Positions 48,844-59,713 of a DNA stretch of 64,000 bases are shown in pieces. The notes beneath the pieces were generated by a model. It was not told the DNA's origin, did not search any database, and saw only the letters and a list, made by a program, of their open reading frames with translations. Origin of the DNA: Minisyncoccota bacterium (lineage in GTDB: Bacteria > Patescibacteriota > Minisyncoccia > Phycocordibacterales > Phycocordibacteraceae); the NCBI GenBank assembly GCA_041666305.1, contig JBAYHD010000001.1:18149-82148 (forward strand), given 5' to 3'. Position numbers and translations under genes: made by a program. Position 1 is the first letter of the stretch. Each line of letters opens with the position of its first letter.

Positions 48844-49857
48844 ATGCGCATCTTGCTTTCTTCTTTTGCGGTCGCGCTTCTCGTGCTCTCATACGGGGCA
48901 CTGGCCAGTGCGCAATCGAGTGTTCAAAACATGTTCACGACGAATCTCTCTCTGGGTTCTAGAGGAACACAGGTACTCCTGCTCCAACAAGTCCTCAATC
49001 GAGACCCGGATACGCGTATTGCAAATTCAGGCGTCGGCTCTCCGGGAAATGAAACAAGTTATTTCGGTTCGCTCACCAAAACAGCCGTCGTGCTGTTCCA
49101 GCAAAAATACGCACAGGATGTTTTGGCGCCCGCCGGACTCTTCCAAGGTAACGGATATGTCGGAGCGTATACGCGGGCAAAACTCAATGCACTTTCTTCA
49201 CCGACAACGAACTCGGTTGGCGCGAGTGCGCAACCTGCGACTACATCAACCCTTCCCTCTCTCCCTTCTTCGCCGTCTTCAGCTTCGACACCTGCCGCTC
49301 AAAATTCGAATTCGCAGAATCTCGACATATTCCTGGCCGCCATCGACAAAGTTGGAACAAAACAAGGACTTTCCGCATCTGAACTCGCGACTATTAAAAA
49401 ACAAATCGTGACAGAAGCCGCAACGACGACCGACCTGCGCGCCGAGTTCATGAAACAAGTAGGATATGCGCCTCGCCGATCAGCCACAAATGATTCGTTT
49501 GGCGGACAGGTGTTAGCGATCATCGAACACGCGTTCAGCAGTGTCTTCCTTCCGGAACATGCGCGCGCGGCTACAGGGGTCCCATTCGGCGGAGCTTTCG
49601 TCTATGCTTCTTATTGCACCTGCAGCCTCACGTGGATCCTTGGTATCACGCCTCTTCCTCCCACATTTGCCGTTCTTCTTACCTATGTTCCTTTTTCGCA
49701 GGCGTTCCTTTCTTACAATATCCCCGCTACTAAATGGCTCCTCGGTAACTACATACCCGGAGCGGGCGCATGTTCATATGTCATACCTTCCGGTTGCACA
49801 CCGCCAATACCGAATGAAGGAATGATTACGCCAGTGGTCGGTTCCTCTCCGTTGTAA
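48844..49857 (+). CDS. Peptidoglycan-binding domain protein
   Basis: LSLGSRGTQVLLLQQVLN...YFGSLTKTAVVLFQ...GYVGAYTRAKLN; Cys-containing C-domain. Confidence 0.85.
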   Translation: MRILLSSFAVALLVLSYGALASAQSSVQNMFTTNLSLGSRGTQVLLLQQVLNRDPDTRIANSGVGSPGNETSYFGSLTKTAVVLFQQKYAQDVLAPAGLFQGNGYVGAYTRAKLNALSSPTTNSVGASAQPATTSTLPSLPSSPSSASTPAAQNSNSQNLDIFLAAIDKVGTKQGLSASELATIKKQIVTEAATTTDLRAEFMKQVGYAPRRSATNDSFGGQVLAIIEHAFSSVFLPEHARAATGVPFGGAFVYASYCTCSLTWILGITPLPPTFAVLLTYVPFSQAFLSYNIPATKWLLGNYIPGAGACSYVIPSGCTPPIPNEGMITPVVGSSPL

Positions 49858-50590
49858 TTTCGAGCCACGTTGAGAGCGAAAGGTCTTCCGCTCTCGCTTT
49901 TTCCGGAATATCACCGCTTGGAAGCTTCGCTTCCAAGAGATTTTTCCGGACGAATTTACGCTTATGCGCAAATCCGGCATGAATGAGTTCAAAAAATAGT
50001 TTTTCCTCTTTTTTCGTTGCAAAATTCTTCCGAGAAATATCGCGGATAGTGAGCACAGCGGAATCCACATTCGGTGCGGGATTGAATGCCCCGCGCGGTA
50101 CATTGAATTCGCGTTTCGGCGTGCCGTACGCCTTCACTGAAAGCGAGAGGATGCTTTCCTTATCCCGAGCAACAACGCGTTCGGCCACTTCTTTCTGCAC
50201 GAGAAGCGTCATCGCACTCGGCTGATTATCCGCCGTAAGAAACATTTTGAAAATTTCGCCGGTCAGGTAGTACGGAATATTCGCAACGAGCGCGTATCCC
50301 TTCGGAAGCGATGCGATATTGAATGAGCGAATGTCGCCGTGCACGAGCTTAAGATGTCCCGACAAAATCTCATCCGCAAAATCGTTTTGCAGTTTCTCAA
50401 ATAATTCCGCATCGGCTTCAATGGCGATGACTTTCTTCGCGAGTTTCAATAACTCTCGTGTGAGCATTCCCGTTCCAGGGCCTATCTCAAACACCACAGA
50501 CCTCGGCGTAAGCCCTGCGACAAGCGCGATGCGCTCCGCGATGCGCGCGTGCATGAGGAAGTTCTGTCCGAGGGATTTTTTTGCCTGCAT
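49826..50590 (-). CDS. rsmA: 16S rRNA m6,2A dimethyltransferase KsgA
   Basis: KKSLGQNFL, EIGPGTG, ANIPYY, QKEVAER. Confidence 0.98.
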   Translation of the reverse strand: MQAKKSLGQNFLMHARIAERIALVAGLTPRSVVFEIGPGTGMLTRELLKLAKKVIAIEADAELFEKLQNDFADEILSGHLKLVHGDIRSFNIASLPKGYALVANIPYYLTGEIFKMFLTADNQPSAMTLLVQKEVAERVVARDKESILSLSVKAYGTPKREFNVPRGAFNPAPNVDSAVLTIRDISRKNFATKKEEKLFFELIHAGFAHKRKFVRKNLLEAKLPSGDIPEKARAEDLSLSTWLEITTERNRPLA

Positions 50591-50616
50591 ACGTATAGGT
50601 GTACAATACTCGGTAT

Positions 50617-51069
50617 ATGACTGACCGTAAAATCACTGAAGGTGCTTTTAATAAAGGGCCGCTCCGCAAAATATTAAATAAGCAGGAGTACAATGCTCAC
50701 CTCACCGCCGCAGGTAAGGAACGTGTTGAAGCTGCGATCAAGGCAGGCGTCCAAGCTGAAGCGAAGAAATTCCATCTACAATACGGTGTCGCCGGTACCC
50801 ATGCTGATGCCATTGCAAAATTCTCAACGTCAAAAAAATACGGGCAAGAAGATCGACGTGCCTTAATGCGAAAACCGAAAGAACAGGAGGTTATTAAGGA
50901 TTCTCTCGACATATTCTTCAAACGAAAGCCGGCTGCGCCCGTGATCGAGGAAAAAGTTGAGGCGCCGGCACCAAGAGTTGAACTTAAATCATTTGAGATC
51001 AAACCATCAAACCCGATGCCCGATGCGGCGAATGACGCTCATGACGGGGAACACGAAAAAGCGGCTTAA
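50617..51069 (+). CDS. Hypothetical protein
   Basis: Fills the gap between rsmA and pcrA; hydrophilic. Confidence 0.65.
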   Translation: MTDRKITEGAFNKGPLRKILNKQEYNAHLTAAGKERVEAAIKAGVQAEAKKFHLQYGVAGTHADAIAKFSTSKKYGQEDRRALMRKPKEQEVIKDSLDIFFKRKPAAPVIEEKVEAPAPRVELKSFEIKPSNPMPDAANDAHDGEHEKAA

Positions 51070-52994
51070 GCTTCAATAACAAATTCACCATCGGTCTCGT
51101 CGTAGAGCATTAGTGAGCCGTCGATATCGGCGAGAAATGACGATGGCTCCGATGCGAAATCGTTGCCGTATATCTTACGGACGCGCGCGAGCGTGAGAAA
51201 AAGCCGATTTTTTGCGCGCGTCATCGCCACATAAAAAAGACGTCGTTCTTCTTCCTCGTCGCGGTCGGTCTCATTCCCCATGCCCTGGTGCGGGAATAGT
51301 CCTTCTTCCATGCCGGTCACAAAAACCGTATCGAATTCAAGACCCTTTGCCGCGTGCACGGTCATGAGCGTCACTCCTCGCTTTTCTCCTTGATCCATCT
51401 CGTCCTGGTCGCTCGCAAGCGCCGCCTCGGCGAGGAATGTCGCAATGCCCTCCTTCCCCGGCATGGCATCATGCCGCGCGGCAACTGACGCAAGCTCTTC
51501 CACATTTTCAAATCGTTCGCGGTCCTCCGCACTTCCTTCGTCGAAAAGCGCGCGACGCATGCCACTCTTCTCGACGACGAGTCGCACGAACTCCGAAGGC
51601 ATGAGTGCTTCTGCTGCGCGCGAAAGTTCATCGATAATCGCTTCAAATGCTTCCACTTTCACGAGTTCACCGGCGCGAAGCGCGGCGCGTTGCCCTGCGG
51701 CGAGTTTGCCGAGCGTCACTTTTCCGATGCCGCGCGACGGATTTGCCGCCGCGCGGAGCTTATCCACCTCGCGCGAAGAGTCCATCGCGAGACGCATCCA
51801 CGCGAGAGCGTCCTTCACTTCTTTCCGCGCAAAGAATTTCGTACCGATGAGTTTGTACGGCACGCCCGCACGGAGGAGCCCTTCTTCAAGCGCACGTGAT
51901 TGGAAATTGGTGCGGAAAAGTATTGCGACTTCTTCCGGCTTTTCTCCATTCCTCATTAATTCGCGTATTTTGAGCGCCACCCAGCGCGCTTCGTCCTCCG
52001 CACTCCGCGCCATGTGCACGACGATAGGAGCGCCGGCTAGTTTTTCGGTCGTAGAATATTTTTCTTTACGATTTTTATTTTTCTCAATGACGGCATTTGC
52101 GGCGTCCACCAGATTTTTCGTCGCCCGATAGTTCTGAGAAAGGATGATCGTCTGCGCCTCCGGATACGTTTTGTCGAATTCGAGCAGATTCTCTATCGTC
52201 GCCCCGCGCCACGTATAAATAGTCTGATCGATGTCGCCGACGACGAAGAGATTCCGATGTTTTGCGGCAAGCATATTCGCAAGGCGCCCCTGAAGTGCGT
52301 TGGTGTCCTGATATTCGTCGATGTGAATGTACTTCCAGCGGTCTTGCGCGAGCGCGCGGACGTCTTCGTGCTCTTCCAGGAGCTTCACCGGGAGCGCAAT
52401 GAGGTCGTCGAAATCCAAAGACTTCTCTTCTTTCAATGTTTTTTCATAGCGGAGCCATGCTTCGGCGGCAATGCGGTTGCCGAAACCGGACCGGCCGTGC
52501 TTTTCATAAAATTCATGCGCTTGCATGCCTTCCCCTTTCGCTCGTGAGATGCGACCGAGGATTGCGCGCGGGGAAAACTCCTTTGCGCCGACATCGAGCG
52601 CCTTCAGTGCCGCGCCAATCGCTTTTTCGGAGTCGTCGCGGTCATACACACTGAAGAAACGCTGAATGCCGATCGCCTTCCCGTAGCTTTCAAGCAGTTC
52701 TCGACCGAGTCCGTGGAATGTGGCGATGAACGGGAGCCCCGAGGGGGCCCCTTCGGGGCGGCCGTCCTCGCCCAGCTGCCTCCGCACCCGCTCGCGCATC
52801 TCGCGGGCAGCTTTATTGGTGAAGGTGACGGCGAGTATCTCGCCCGCGGGCACGCCCGAGCGGACCAAATGAGAGATGCGCGTCGTGAGGACACGCGTTT
52901 TCCCGCTTCCGGCACCGGCCAAAACTGAAATCGGGCCGTCGGTAGCGAGCACCGCCTTTTTTTGGGCGTCATTCAATCCTTCGAGGTATTTCAC
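51066..52994 (-). CDS. pcrA: ATP-dependent DNA helicase PcrA/UvrD
   Basis: AGAGSGKT, DEYQDTN, QNYR, HAAKGLEF, EERRLFYVAMTRA. Confidence 0.96.
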   Translation of the reverse strand: MKYLEGLNDAQKKAVLATDGPISVLAGAGSGKTRVLTTRISHLVRSGVPAGEILAVTFTNKAAREMRERVRRQLGEDGRPEGAPSGLPFIATFHGLGRELLESYGKAIGIQRFFSVYDRDDSEKAIGAALKALDVGAKEFSPRAILGRISRAKGEGMQAHEFYEKHGRSGFGNRIAAEAWLRYEKTLKEEKSLDFDDLIALPVKLLEEHEDVRALAQDRWKYIHIDEYQDTNALQGRLANMLAAKHRNLFVVGDIDQTIYTWRGATIENLLEFDKTYPEAQTIILSQNYRATKNLVDAANAVIEKNKNRKEKYSTTEKLAGAPIVVHMARSAEDEARWVALKIRELMRNGEKPEEVAILFRTNFQSRALEEGLLRAGVPYKLIGTKFFARKEVKDALAWMRLAMDSSREVDKLRAAANPSRGIGKVTLGKLAAGQRAALRAGELVKVEAFEAIIDELSRAAEALMPSEFVRLVVEKSGMRRALFDEGSAEDRERFENVEELASVAARHDAMPGKEGIATFLAEAALASDQDEMDQGEKRGVTLMTVHAAKGLEFDTVFVTGMEEGLFPHQGMGNETDRDEEEERRLFYVAMTRAKNRLFLTLARVRKIYGNDFASEPSSFLADIDGSLMLYDETDGEFVIEA

Positions 52995-53078
52995 TTACGA
53001 AATATACCCCATAAGATAACATTTATCCTAAACACAACATCAAGGGAGTACTTTATCTCACGGGGTATACCTTAAAAC

Positions 53079-53102
53079 GCCCCGAAGGGGCCCCTTCGGG
53101 GC
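53079..53102. repeat. Perfect 24-bp palindrome gccccgaagggg|ccccttcggggc
   Basis: Near-identical copies inside pcrA (52736-52759) and xerC (60880-60901). Confidence 0.88.
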
Positions 53103-53293
53103 TCTCCACAGGTCACTTTTGGGGTGATTGACTCCCAAATCTGGGGGGCTATACTCCCAATATCGACTGATACGGATGAAATCAAGGAATGGCTTATATA
53201 CGGCGTATGTAAGCCATTCTTGTATTAAGAAAGACCAACCGAACCCCCAAGTTTCCCATTAAATCCAACCAACAATTTCTCATACTCGGGCTC

Positions 53294-54301
53294 GTGGCTG
53301 TTCTGTCTGCCACGGCGCTCCTGCCGGACCACGCAAGTGCGTTCTGGCCTTTTTCTACAAATGCAGACGCCGCAACATCGGCTCTCATACCGAGCTCCTC
53401 GACGCCGACCCTTCGCGCCCCGCTCAACAGCAATCCGAACTCATCTGCGCCGATAGCGCTCGCCACCTCCGGCGGTTCAGCGCTCGTCTCATATAACGGA
53501 CCGGACGGTACCGTGGCGGACGTCGCCGGTTCGGTCCAAACTGACCGAATCTCGGTGTATGTGGTGCGTAACGGCGATACCCTTTCCGAGATTTCTGATA
53601 TGTTCGGCGTTTCAATAAATACCATCTTGTGGGCAAACAACTTGAAGAGTTCCCGTGATGTCCACCCAGGTGATATGCTCGTTATTCTTCCTATTTCAGG
53701 AGTTGAGCGCACGGTTATAAAGGGCGATACGCTCAAATCTCTGGCAAAGAAATACTCTGCAGATGCGGAAGAAATTGCGCAGTACAATGGTCTCGATCTG
53801 GAAGCGCCACTCGCAATCGGCACCACAATCATTATCCCGGGCGGAGAAATAGCTGCGCCTGCGCCGCGTCCGCAATCCTCCCCCGCCATCGTGAACAGCG
53901 GAGGTGGAACATTTATAGCCGGTTATTTCAGTAATCCAGTGCCCGGTGCCAGAGTCACACAAGGCATTCATGGCAAGAACGGCATTGACCTCGGCGGAGC
54001 GCGCGGCACGCCAGTACACGCCGCGGCGGACGGTATGATCATCATCGCGCGCGGCGGCGGCGCATGGAACGGAGGCTATGGCAATTATATCGTCATTACG
54101 CACAACAACGGTACTCAAACTCTCTATTCCCACTTGAAATCCGTGATTGTTTCCTCCGGACAACAAGTCTCTTCCGGACAAGTTATCGGGTACATGGGCT
54201 CAACCGGCAAGGTCACGGGCGTCCATCTCCACTTTGAAGTTCGCGGTGCGGCAAATCCTTTTCGTAATTGCTCGGTCGGTTCGGTTTGTTCTCCTCAATA
54301 A
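53294..54301 (+). CDS. LysM-domain M23 family peptidase
   Basis: Two LysM repeats, HxxxGIDL, YSHL, HLHFEV; true start may be a few codons upstream. Confidence 0.93.
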   Translation: MAVLSATALLPDHASAFWPFSTNADAATSALIPSSSTPTLRAPLNSNPNSSAPIALATSGGSALVSYNGPDGTVADVAGSVQTDRISVYVVRNGDTLSEISDMFGVSINTILWANNLKSSRDVHPGDMLVILPISGVERTVIKGDTLKSLAKKYSADAEEIAQYNGLDLEAPLAIGTTIIIPGGEIAAPAPRPQSSPAIVNSGGGTFIAGYFSNPVPGARVTQGIHGKNGIDLGGARGTPVHAAADGMIIIARGGGAWNGGYGNYIVITHNNGTQTLYSHLKSVIVSSGQQVSSGQVIGYMGSTGKVTGVHLHFEVRGAANPFRNCSVGSVCSPQ

Positions 54302-54310
54302 CTTCTCATA

Positions 54311-54700
54311 TTATTTAAGAGAGGGTTTCTTGTTCGCCAAGATTAACTTCTTGAGTCGAGCGTCCATGTCGCTGTGCAGGCTCAAGTGGCGAGGGAACAG
54401 GCCGTCATTTTCTATATCGTCGCTGTCACCGGGCAACACGTATACCATTCCGCTTTGCGGATTTTTGCCAAGAACTATTTTCATTCCGTGCAACTGTAGT
54501 CTCGCGACGCGTGCGTCAATTGGTGTCGTTGTATCTGGATAGTCCGGGTCCACTTCCTCTTCTCCCTTTTTCATCGTTTGGTAAGCTCCCTCATCGATGC
54601 CGAAAAATGGAAGTGCTTCGACTTGCTCACTCAACTCAACTGCAAGTCGTAGATATTCCGACTTCGTCATCCCCTCCTGATTTGGAATTCCTTCTGACAT
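54311..54700 (-). CDS. Hypothetical protein
   Basis: 129-aa ORF in accessory block. Confidence 0.65.
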   Translation of the reverse strand: MSEGIPNQEGMTKSEYLRLAVELSEQVEALPFFGIDEGAYQTMKKGEEEVDPDYPDTTTPIDARVARLQLHGMKIVLGKNPQSGMVYVLPGDSDDIENDGLFPRHLSLHSDMDARLKKLILANKKPSLK

Positions 54701-54862
54701 ATGGCGACTATAGCACTCTGCTACTTCTCCTCAATGCATCAGTATCTTTTGCAGAACATCCCTCAGGATGGTTGGTATGCAAAAACAAAGAAATATCCTT
54801 ATATTTATTACTTTCTGCGACTAAAAGCGACTCACTGTTATCAAAATACGTTTCTGCATATC

Positions 54863-56275
54863 CTACTGAATAATTGCCCCTCCGCCCTCACTTCCTATTT
54901 TTTGGACTTCTATATCCGTGAAGGGTGCATGTCTGTCGTACATAAGACTTTTAGAGGAAGGGGTGAGTCGTTTTTTTAGTTCATCTATATCAGAAATGCC
55001 GAGGACATGACACATGCGCATCGCGTAAGGATAGTCTTTTGCCTCATAAATAAAAGTTGGGGTATGGTCGAGGAACAATACACTTCGCGGATACCAGTCT
55101 CCACCATACTGCCCCCTCTCCCCTGGTCCGTATAGATGTAGGAAAAAATCAATATCGAGGAAGTCCCTGAATGGAAGTTCTCTTGAAAGTGGACCAACTT
55201 CATGTCTACCTCTCAGCAAGTCGGCATGCAGAGATTTCCGCTGTTTCTTCGGACTCTCATCTGCAAGGAGTGGGAGATGTTCGGAGAGTTCGGTCCAGCT
55301 TTGCTTAGAGGGTTCGTGCCGATTTCTAGACGGTCCTATTATTAAGGTTCCCTTCAGAAGTTCTTGTAGTGCATCCCACTTCTCCTCCTTGAAGAACGGC
55401 GCAATAAACGTAGTAAACATTTCGTGCCCAACAAACTTGTAGAAATCCCCATCGGCGTTCGTTCCTCGACCTTGCTCATTATGCGGAGGATTATATCGTT
55501 GTAGCAATTTACCGAACCACTGAAATATCTCCCTTGCCGATTCCATATCGTTCATTACAGCAACTGTTTCAGTGAGTCTTCCGAAGTCGGCTACGATATC
55601 GGCTGTTTTGGAGATTGCCGTCATTAGCTCCTCAGCACTCCCGCCATCAACTGCTTTTCGGGGCTCCAGTGTTTCAAGTTCGGTCAGTACCCCAGTAAGA
55701 TGTTTCCTCAAGTGGATAATCTTAGCCGCTGGATTTTGTTCAATAATGTCGGTTATGGAGATGCGAGGTGTAGAGGGTTTTATTCCAGCGAAGCCGTCTA
55801 GCAGAGCTGCCTTTAAATCCTTTGTTAGGGAGGATTTTATAGTTGATTTATCCATTTCTACTTCCTTTGCTGTGTAGGTCAGGATACGCCGCATCTTCAA
55901 ATCAAATGGGAGATCCGTTAGTTTTCCGTATGCTTCGTTGAAAATGAGTACCAGACCCTCATGCCCTTTTGCTTTAAGCGCGTACCCAAGCTCAATGAGT
56001 ACATTCGGATTGGGAAATGCGCGTTTCTTTGTATTCGCGACGAATGAGATGTCCGCCACAAACAAGTCTGCACTGGCAATCTTTCCGAAAATTGTTGTGG
56101 CGATATCAGGTGCGCCAGCTGCCCCTTTCGTATCTCGATCAATGACAGGTTCAATGTCAATATTCTCGTCGCTCGCTATTGCTTTGGCTGCGTCCTGCAA
56201 AGCCGTCTCTATGAGAGTACGGTTAGTTGAGTTCGGGAGGTCGGACTGCCACGAGTAAAAAACTGTTCTTTTCAT
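54863..56275 (-). CDS. TIR-like/nucleotide-hydrolase N-domain protein, candidate defence effector
   Basis: VFYSWQSD...DRDT...DLFVADIS...PNPNVLIELGYA...LPFD; lower GC than flanks. Confidence 0.65.
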   Translation of the reverse strand: MKRTVFYSWQSDLPNSTNRTLIETALQDAAKAIASDENIDIEPVIDRDTKGAAGAPDIATTIFGKIASADLFVADISFVANTKKRAFPNPNVLIELGYALKAKGHEGLVLIFNEAYGKLTDLPFDLKMRRILTYTAKEVEMDKSTIKSSLTKDLKAALLDGFAGIKPSTPRISITDIIEQNPAAKIIHLRKHLTGVLTELETLEPRKAVDGGSAEELMTAISKTADIVADFGRLTETVAVMNDMESAREIFQWFGKLLQRYNPPHNEQGRGTNADGDFYKFVGHEMFTTFIAPFFKEEKWDALQELLKGTLIIGPSRNRHEPSKQSWTELSEHLPLLADESPKKQRKSLHADLLRGRHEVGPLSRELPFRDFLDIDFFLHLYGPGERGQYGGDWYPRSVLFLDHTPTFIYEAKDYPYAMRMCHVLGISDIDELKKRLTPSSKSLMYDRHAPFTDIEVQKIGSEGGGAIIQ

Positions 56276-56458
56276 ATATGGGTATTCTGCACGAGATTAA
56301 GATTTTATGCACTAAGGGGCATTTATATCAGTAGCGACTGAATTATATACTCACACTAATGCTTTCGGTAGATACATCCCTGGATTCGCTTTCATAATAG
56401 ACGCCCTACGGTCTTTCTCTGAAACAGGGTGGGTGAGCAAGGGCTACCCTTGCTCAGA

Positions 56459-58021
56459 TTATTCAAATCCGAAGAGGCCGCGGGGGCGGTATTGGAGGGC
56501 TTCGTGGACAAATGCGGGCGTGACGGCTTCAGTGCCGGCAAGGTCGGCGATGGTGCGTGCGACGCGCATCGTGCGGTGATAACTGCGCGGCGAGAGATTG
56601 AGGCGCGCGGCAGATCGGGTGAGTGTTTCTTTTGCTTCGGGCGTGAATCCGCTTTTTTCATCCAACTCGCGGCCGGTGAGCGCGGCGTTTGTCGCGTTTT
56701 TCTTGCCGGTGCGCTTCGTGGCGCGCGCACGCGCGGCAACCACGCGCTCGCGCACTCTTTCTGACGGTTCGCCGCTAGAAAGTTTCGCAAGCGTGCTATG
56801 CGGCACAAGCGGTACTTCTATCCAAAGATCAAGGCGGTCCACAATGGGCCGAGAGATCCTGCGTGCTTGCTTCTGTGCCGCGCGTATCGCCACGCGCGAA
56901 TCATCAGAAAGCGTGTCGGCAGGATTCATTGCGGCAACTATCATGCAATCGGCCGGAAAAGTAACACTCGCGCGTGCGCGCGAGACGGTGACCACGCGAT
57001 CTTCAAGCGGTTGGCGTAACGCCTCCAGTGTTCTTGAATCGAATTCCGGAAATTCGTCCAGAAACAAAACGCCTTTGTGCGCGAGCGTCACTTCTCCCGC
57101 TTTCGGAAACGCTCCGCCGCCCACCATCGCGACATGCGAGAGAGAATGGTGAGGCGAACGAAAGGGCGGCCAGTACACCGCCTCACCTTCGGAGAGCAAT
57201 CCGGCCGTTGAATGTATCGCCGTCACTTCGAGCATATCGTCGTCGGTGAGTGGAGGCAGAATGCCGGCAAGCGCACGGGCGAGCATTGTTTTCCCGGTGC
57301 CGGGAGGTCCATAAAAAACGATATTATGCCTCCCCGCGGCGGCTATCTCCAAGGCGCGCTTCGCACTTTCCTGCCCTTTTACGTCAGAGAGGTCGAGCGC
57401 CGGCGGAGGTGTCGGCGCGCGCCTGTCGCGCACTTGTATAGGCAACGGTTTCTCTCCTTTCAAATGTTGTAAAAGTTCCGTAAGCGATGTTGGTGCATAC
57501 ACGGCGACGCCATCGGCGAGAAGCGCTTCGCGCGCATTTCCCTGTGGTACGAAAATCGTCTTTACTCCGCGGCGTTTCGCCGCAAGCACTTGCGGAAGCA
57601 CTCCTCGCACTGCACGAAGTGTCCCATCGAGCGCAAGTTCTCCCGCAAAAAGCATTTCTTCGGTGAGTTCGGCAAGCTCTTCCGCAGCGATGAGATACGC
57701 GAGCGCAAGTGCGAGGTCGTAATGCGAGCCTTCTTTTTTCAGATCCGCAGGCGAAAGCGAAAGCACAATGAGCTTGTTCTGCTTCTTTGGCGACTTGATG
57801 CCGGAATGTCGAATTGCCGCACTCAAGCGATCTCGAGCCTCTTCAACTGCTTTATCCGCAAGACCAACAATGGAAAATGCATGGAGCCCACGTGTAATGT
57901 CTGCCTCAACGCTTACCATTTCCGCGGCAGAGCCGACCGGTTGTGCGGCAAATGTTTTCGCGTAGCCCTTTTTTTGTGCGACGCGTTTGGGAGAAGCAGG
58001 TTTTAAGCGTGCCACTGCCAT
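56459..58021 (-). CDS. comM: YifB/ComM Mg-chelatase-like AAA+ ATPase
   Basis: [43 protein letters not shown]. Confidence 0.93.
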   Translation of the reverse strand: MAVARLKPASPKRVAQKKGYAKTFAAQPVGSAAEMVSVEADITRGLHAFSIVGLADKAVEEARDRLSAAIRHSGIKSPKKQNKLIVLSLSPADLKKEGSHYDLALALAYLIAAEELAELTEEMLFAGELALDGTLRAVRGVLPQVLAAKRRGVKTIFVPQGNAREALLADGVAVYAPTSLTELLQHLKGEKPLPIQVRDRRAPTPPPALDLSDVKGQESAKRALEIAAAGRHNIVFYGPPGTGKTMLARALAGILPPLTDDDMLEVTAIHSTAGLLSEGEAVYWPPFRSPHHSLSHVAMVGGGAFPKAGEVTLAHKGVLFLDEFPEFDSRTLEALRQPLEDRVVTVSRARASVTFPADCMIVAAMNPADTLSDDSRVAIRAAQKQARRISRPIVDRLDLWIEVPLVPHSTLAKLSSGEPSERVRERVVAARARATKRTGKKNATNAALTGRELDEKSGFTPEAKETLTRSAARLNLSPRSYHRTMRVARTIADLAGTEAVTPAFVHEALQYRPRGLFGFE

Positions 58022-58024
58022 GAA

Positions 58025-58372
58025 TTACAAATCTTTCTTGCAGGTCGTTGCGGCCGGATCGGCCTCGAGCCGTTCTTCCTCCATCTTTTCGCCGCAGACT
58101 TCGCATATCCCGTACGTCTTCTTTTCGATACGAGAAAGCGCCGAAATGATAGAGTCATATCGAGCTTCGAGATCGGCAAGGATGGCGGTATTTGTCTCGC
58201 GACTTGTAACGGCGTCCGCCTGATCTATGAGGTCGGCTTCATTCCCGGTCTCGGACGGAATGGCTTCCCAGTCTCCGGGAACCGAAAGATTGGGGCGGCC
58301 GACGCTTCCCATTTCTGCTTCTAGTTTCGCCTTTTCGGCCTCAAGTTTTTTCCTAAAGTGTTCAGTCTTCAT
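58025..58372 (-). CDS. TraR/DksA C4-type zinc finger protein
   Basis: ALSRIEKKTYGICEVCG...RLEADPAATTC. Confidence 0.9.
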   Translation of the reverse strand: MKTEHFRKKLEAEKAKLEAEMGSVGRPNLSVPGDWEAIPSETGNEADLIDQADAVTSRETNTAILADLEARYDSIISALSRIEKKTYGICEVCGEKMEEERLEADPAATTCKKDL

Positions 58373-58395
58373 GCAAGGATAATAGCAGACTGGCG

Positions 58396-59628
58396 TCAGG
58401 GCGTACGGGAAGTCGCAAGACGCGCGATTATTTCGGAAAACGCCGCGGCGTCGCGCGCAATGATGAGCGTCGTTTGGTTCCAGTATCCGTAGAGCATCAC
58501 CGTGCGACTATTACTGTCACGATAGACGCGCACATCATGATTTGCGACAGTGGCATCAAAAAACGACGGCACAGTCGTTGGTGCAGGCGACACAGGTTTG
58601 CCCGCCGGTACGCTCGGCGTTGTGACTCGAGGTGAACTGGTCGACACCGCTGAAGTGGTTGAGGCTATCGCAACCGTAGAGGTTGCCAGAGGTTGCACAA
58701 TAACCGGTGACGGATAGGGTGGATACAATTTGGCAAGATCGCGCGGCATCGATTTTTCCCACAACAGCATACCAGCGAACGTATTGCTGTATGACGAGAC
58801 GGAAAGTATGAAAAACGGGCTCTGCACGCCGCCCACATTCACAACACCGGCCATGCTTTGCGAAGCGTTGATGTTGCGCAACAGAGCGCCGGGCGCCGGC
58901 AATTGCAATGCGGAAAAGACGCTTGTGGAAGTCGCGTTTTCCAGATACAGAAGTCGCACATTCCCCACCGCAAGCTGGCTTGCAACCGATTGTTGTACGG
59001 CTTGCATGAGCGCCGTACCGGTGCCGGCCACCGGTTTTCTATCATCAACGAATATCGGAGCAATTGCGCCGGAAATCAGTACCACGGGTACGGATGAAGC
59101 GATGTATTGCGTATAGGCAAAGTATGCCCCCACCCCGCTCGCAATGATAAGTATTGCCCCGCCGATGCTGTACAGAATATTGCTGCGCGAAAATTTCGAC
59201 GGCTGTACCTGCACAAGCATTGGGGCCGAATCTTGTTCGGCCGCAAGCACAGTCGCCGTCGAAGCCTGCATGGTATTCATGCGCTCGGTGAAGTCGCTCG
59301 CGTATGTTTGTATCGGCGACGCCTTCGGTTCCTCAACTGCAGGATGTTGTAGAACGAAACGTTCACCCGGAGCTATCGCGACGGTTCCCAAGGGAGTCGA
59401 AACAGGAAGGGGTTGTTCTGTGGGCGGTGAAACCGGTGCTTCCGGAACCACTGGTGCCGGGACCGGCGCTGATACAGGCGCGGAGACAGGGGCCGGTACC
59501 GGTTGTGCGGGCGCACCGCCTTTCTTTAAAAGTTCCAGATCGCCATGAAACGTGCGGATGTGCTGCTTCGGTTTTTCCGCATCAGCCGGCGCATTTAGTG
59601 GTGTGGGTAGTGTCGGCGGCATATCCAT
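58396..59628 (-). CDS. Single-pass membrane hypothetical protein
   Basis: Pro-rich N-terminus, one TM, FAGMLLWE motif. Confidence 0.75.
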   Translation of the reverse strand: MDMPPTLPTPLNAPADAEKPKQHIRTFHGDLELLKKGGAPAQPVPAPVSAPVSAPVPAPVVPEAPVSPPTEQPLPVSTPLGTVAIAPGERFVLQHPAVEEPKASPIQTYASDFTERMNTMQASTATVLAAEQDSAPMLVQVQPSKFSRSNILYSIGGAILIIASGVGAYFAYTQYIASSVPVVLISGAIAPIFVDDRKPVAGTGTALMQAVQQSVASQLAVGNVRLLYLENATSTSVFSALQLPAPGALLRNINASQSMAGVVNVGGVQSPFFILSVSSYSNTFAGMLLWEKSMPRDLAKLYPPYPSPVIVQPLATSTVAIASTTSAVSTSSPRVTTPSVPAGKPVSPAPTTVPSFFDATVANHDVRVYRDSNSRTVMLYGYWNQTTLIIARDAAAFSEIIARLATSRTP

Positions 59629-59640
59629 TCACCTCCAATT

Positions 59641-59703
59641 CTAGCAGGCTCTAGGCACTAGGCCCTAGGCACTAGCGGGGGAATAGCTAAAGCCTAGCGC
59701 CTG
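59641..59703. repeat. Degenerate CTAGGC(N) heptamer tandem repeats
   Basis: ctaggca-ctaggcc-ctaggca-ctagc; second tract at 60229-60263. Confidence 0.75.
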
Positions 59704-59713
59704 CTTCGCTGGC

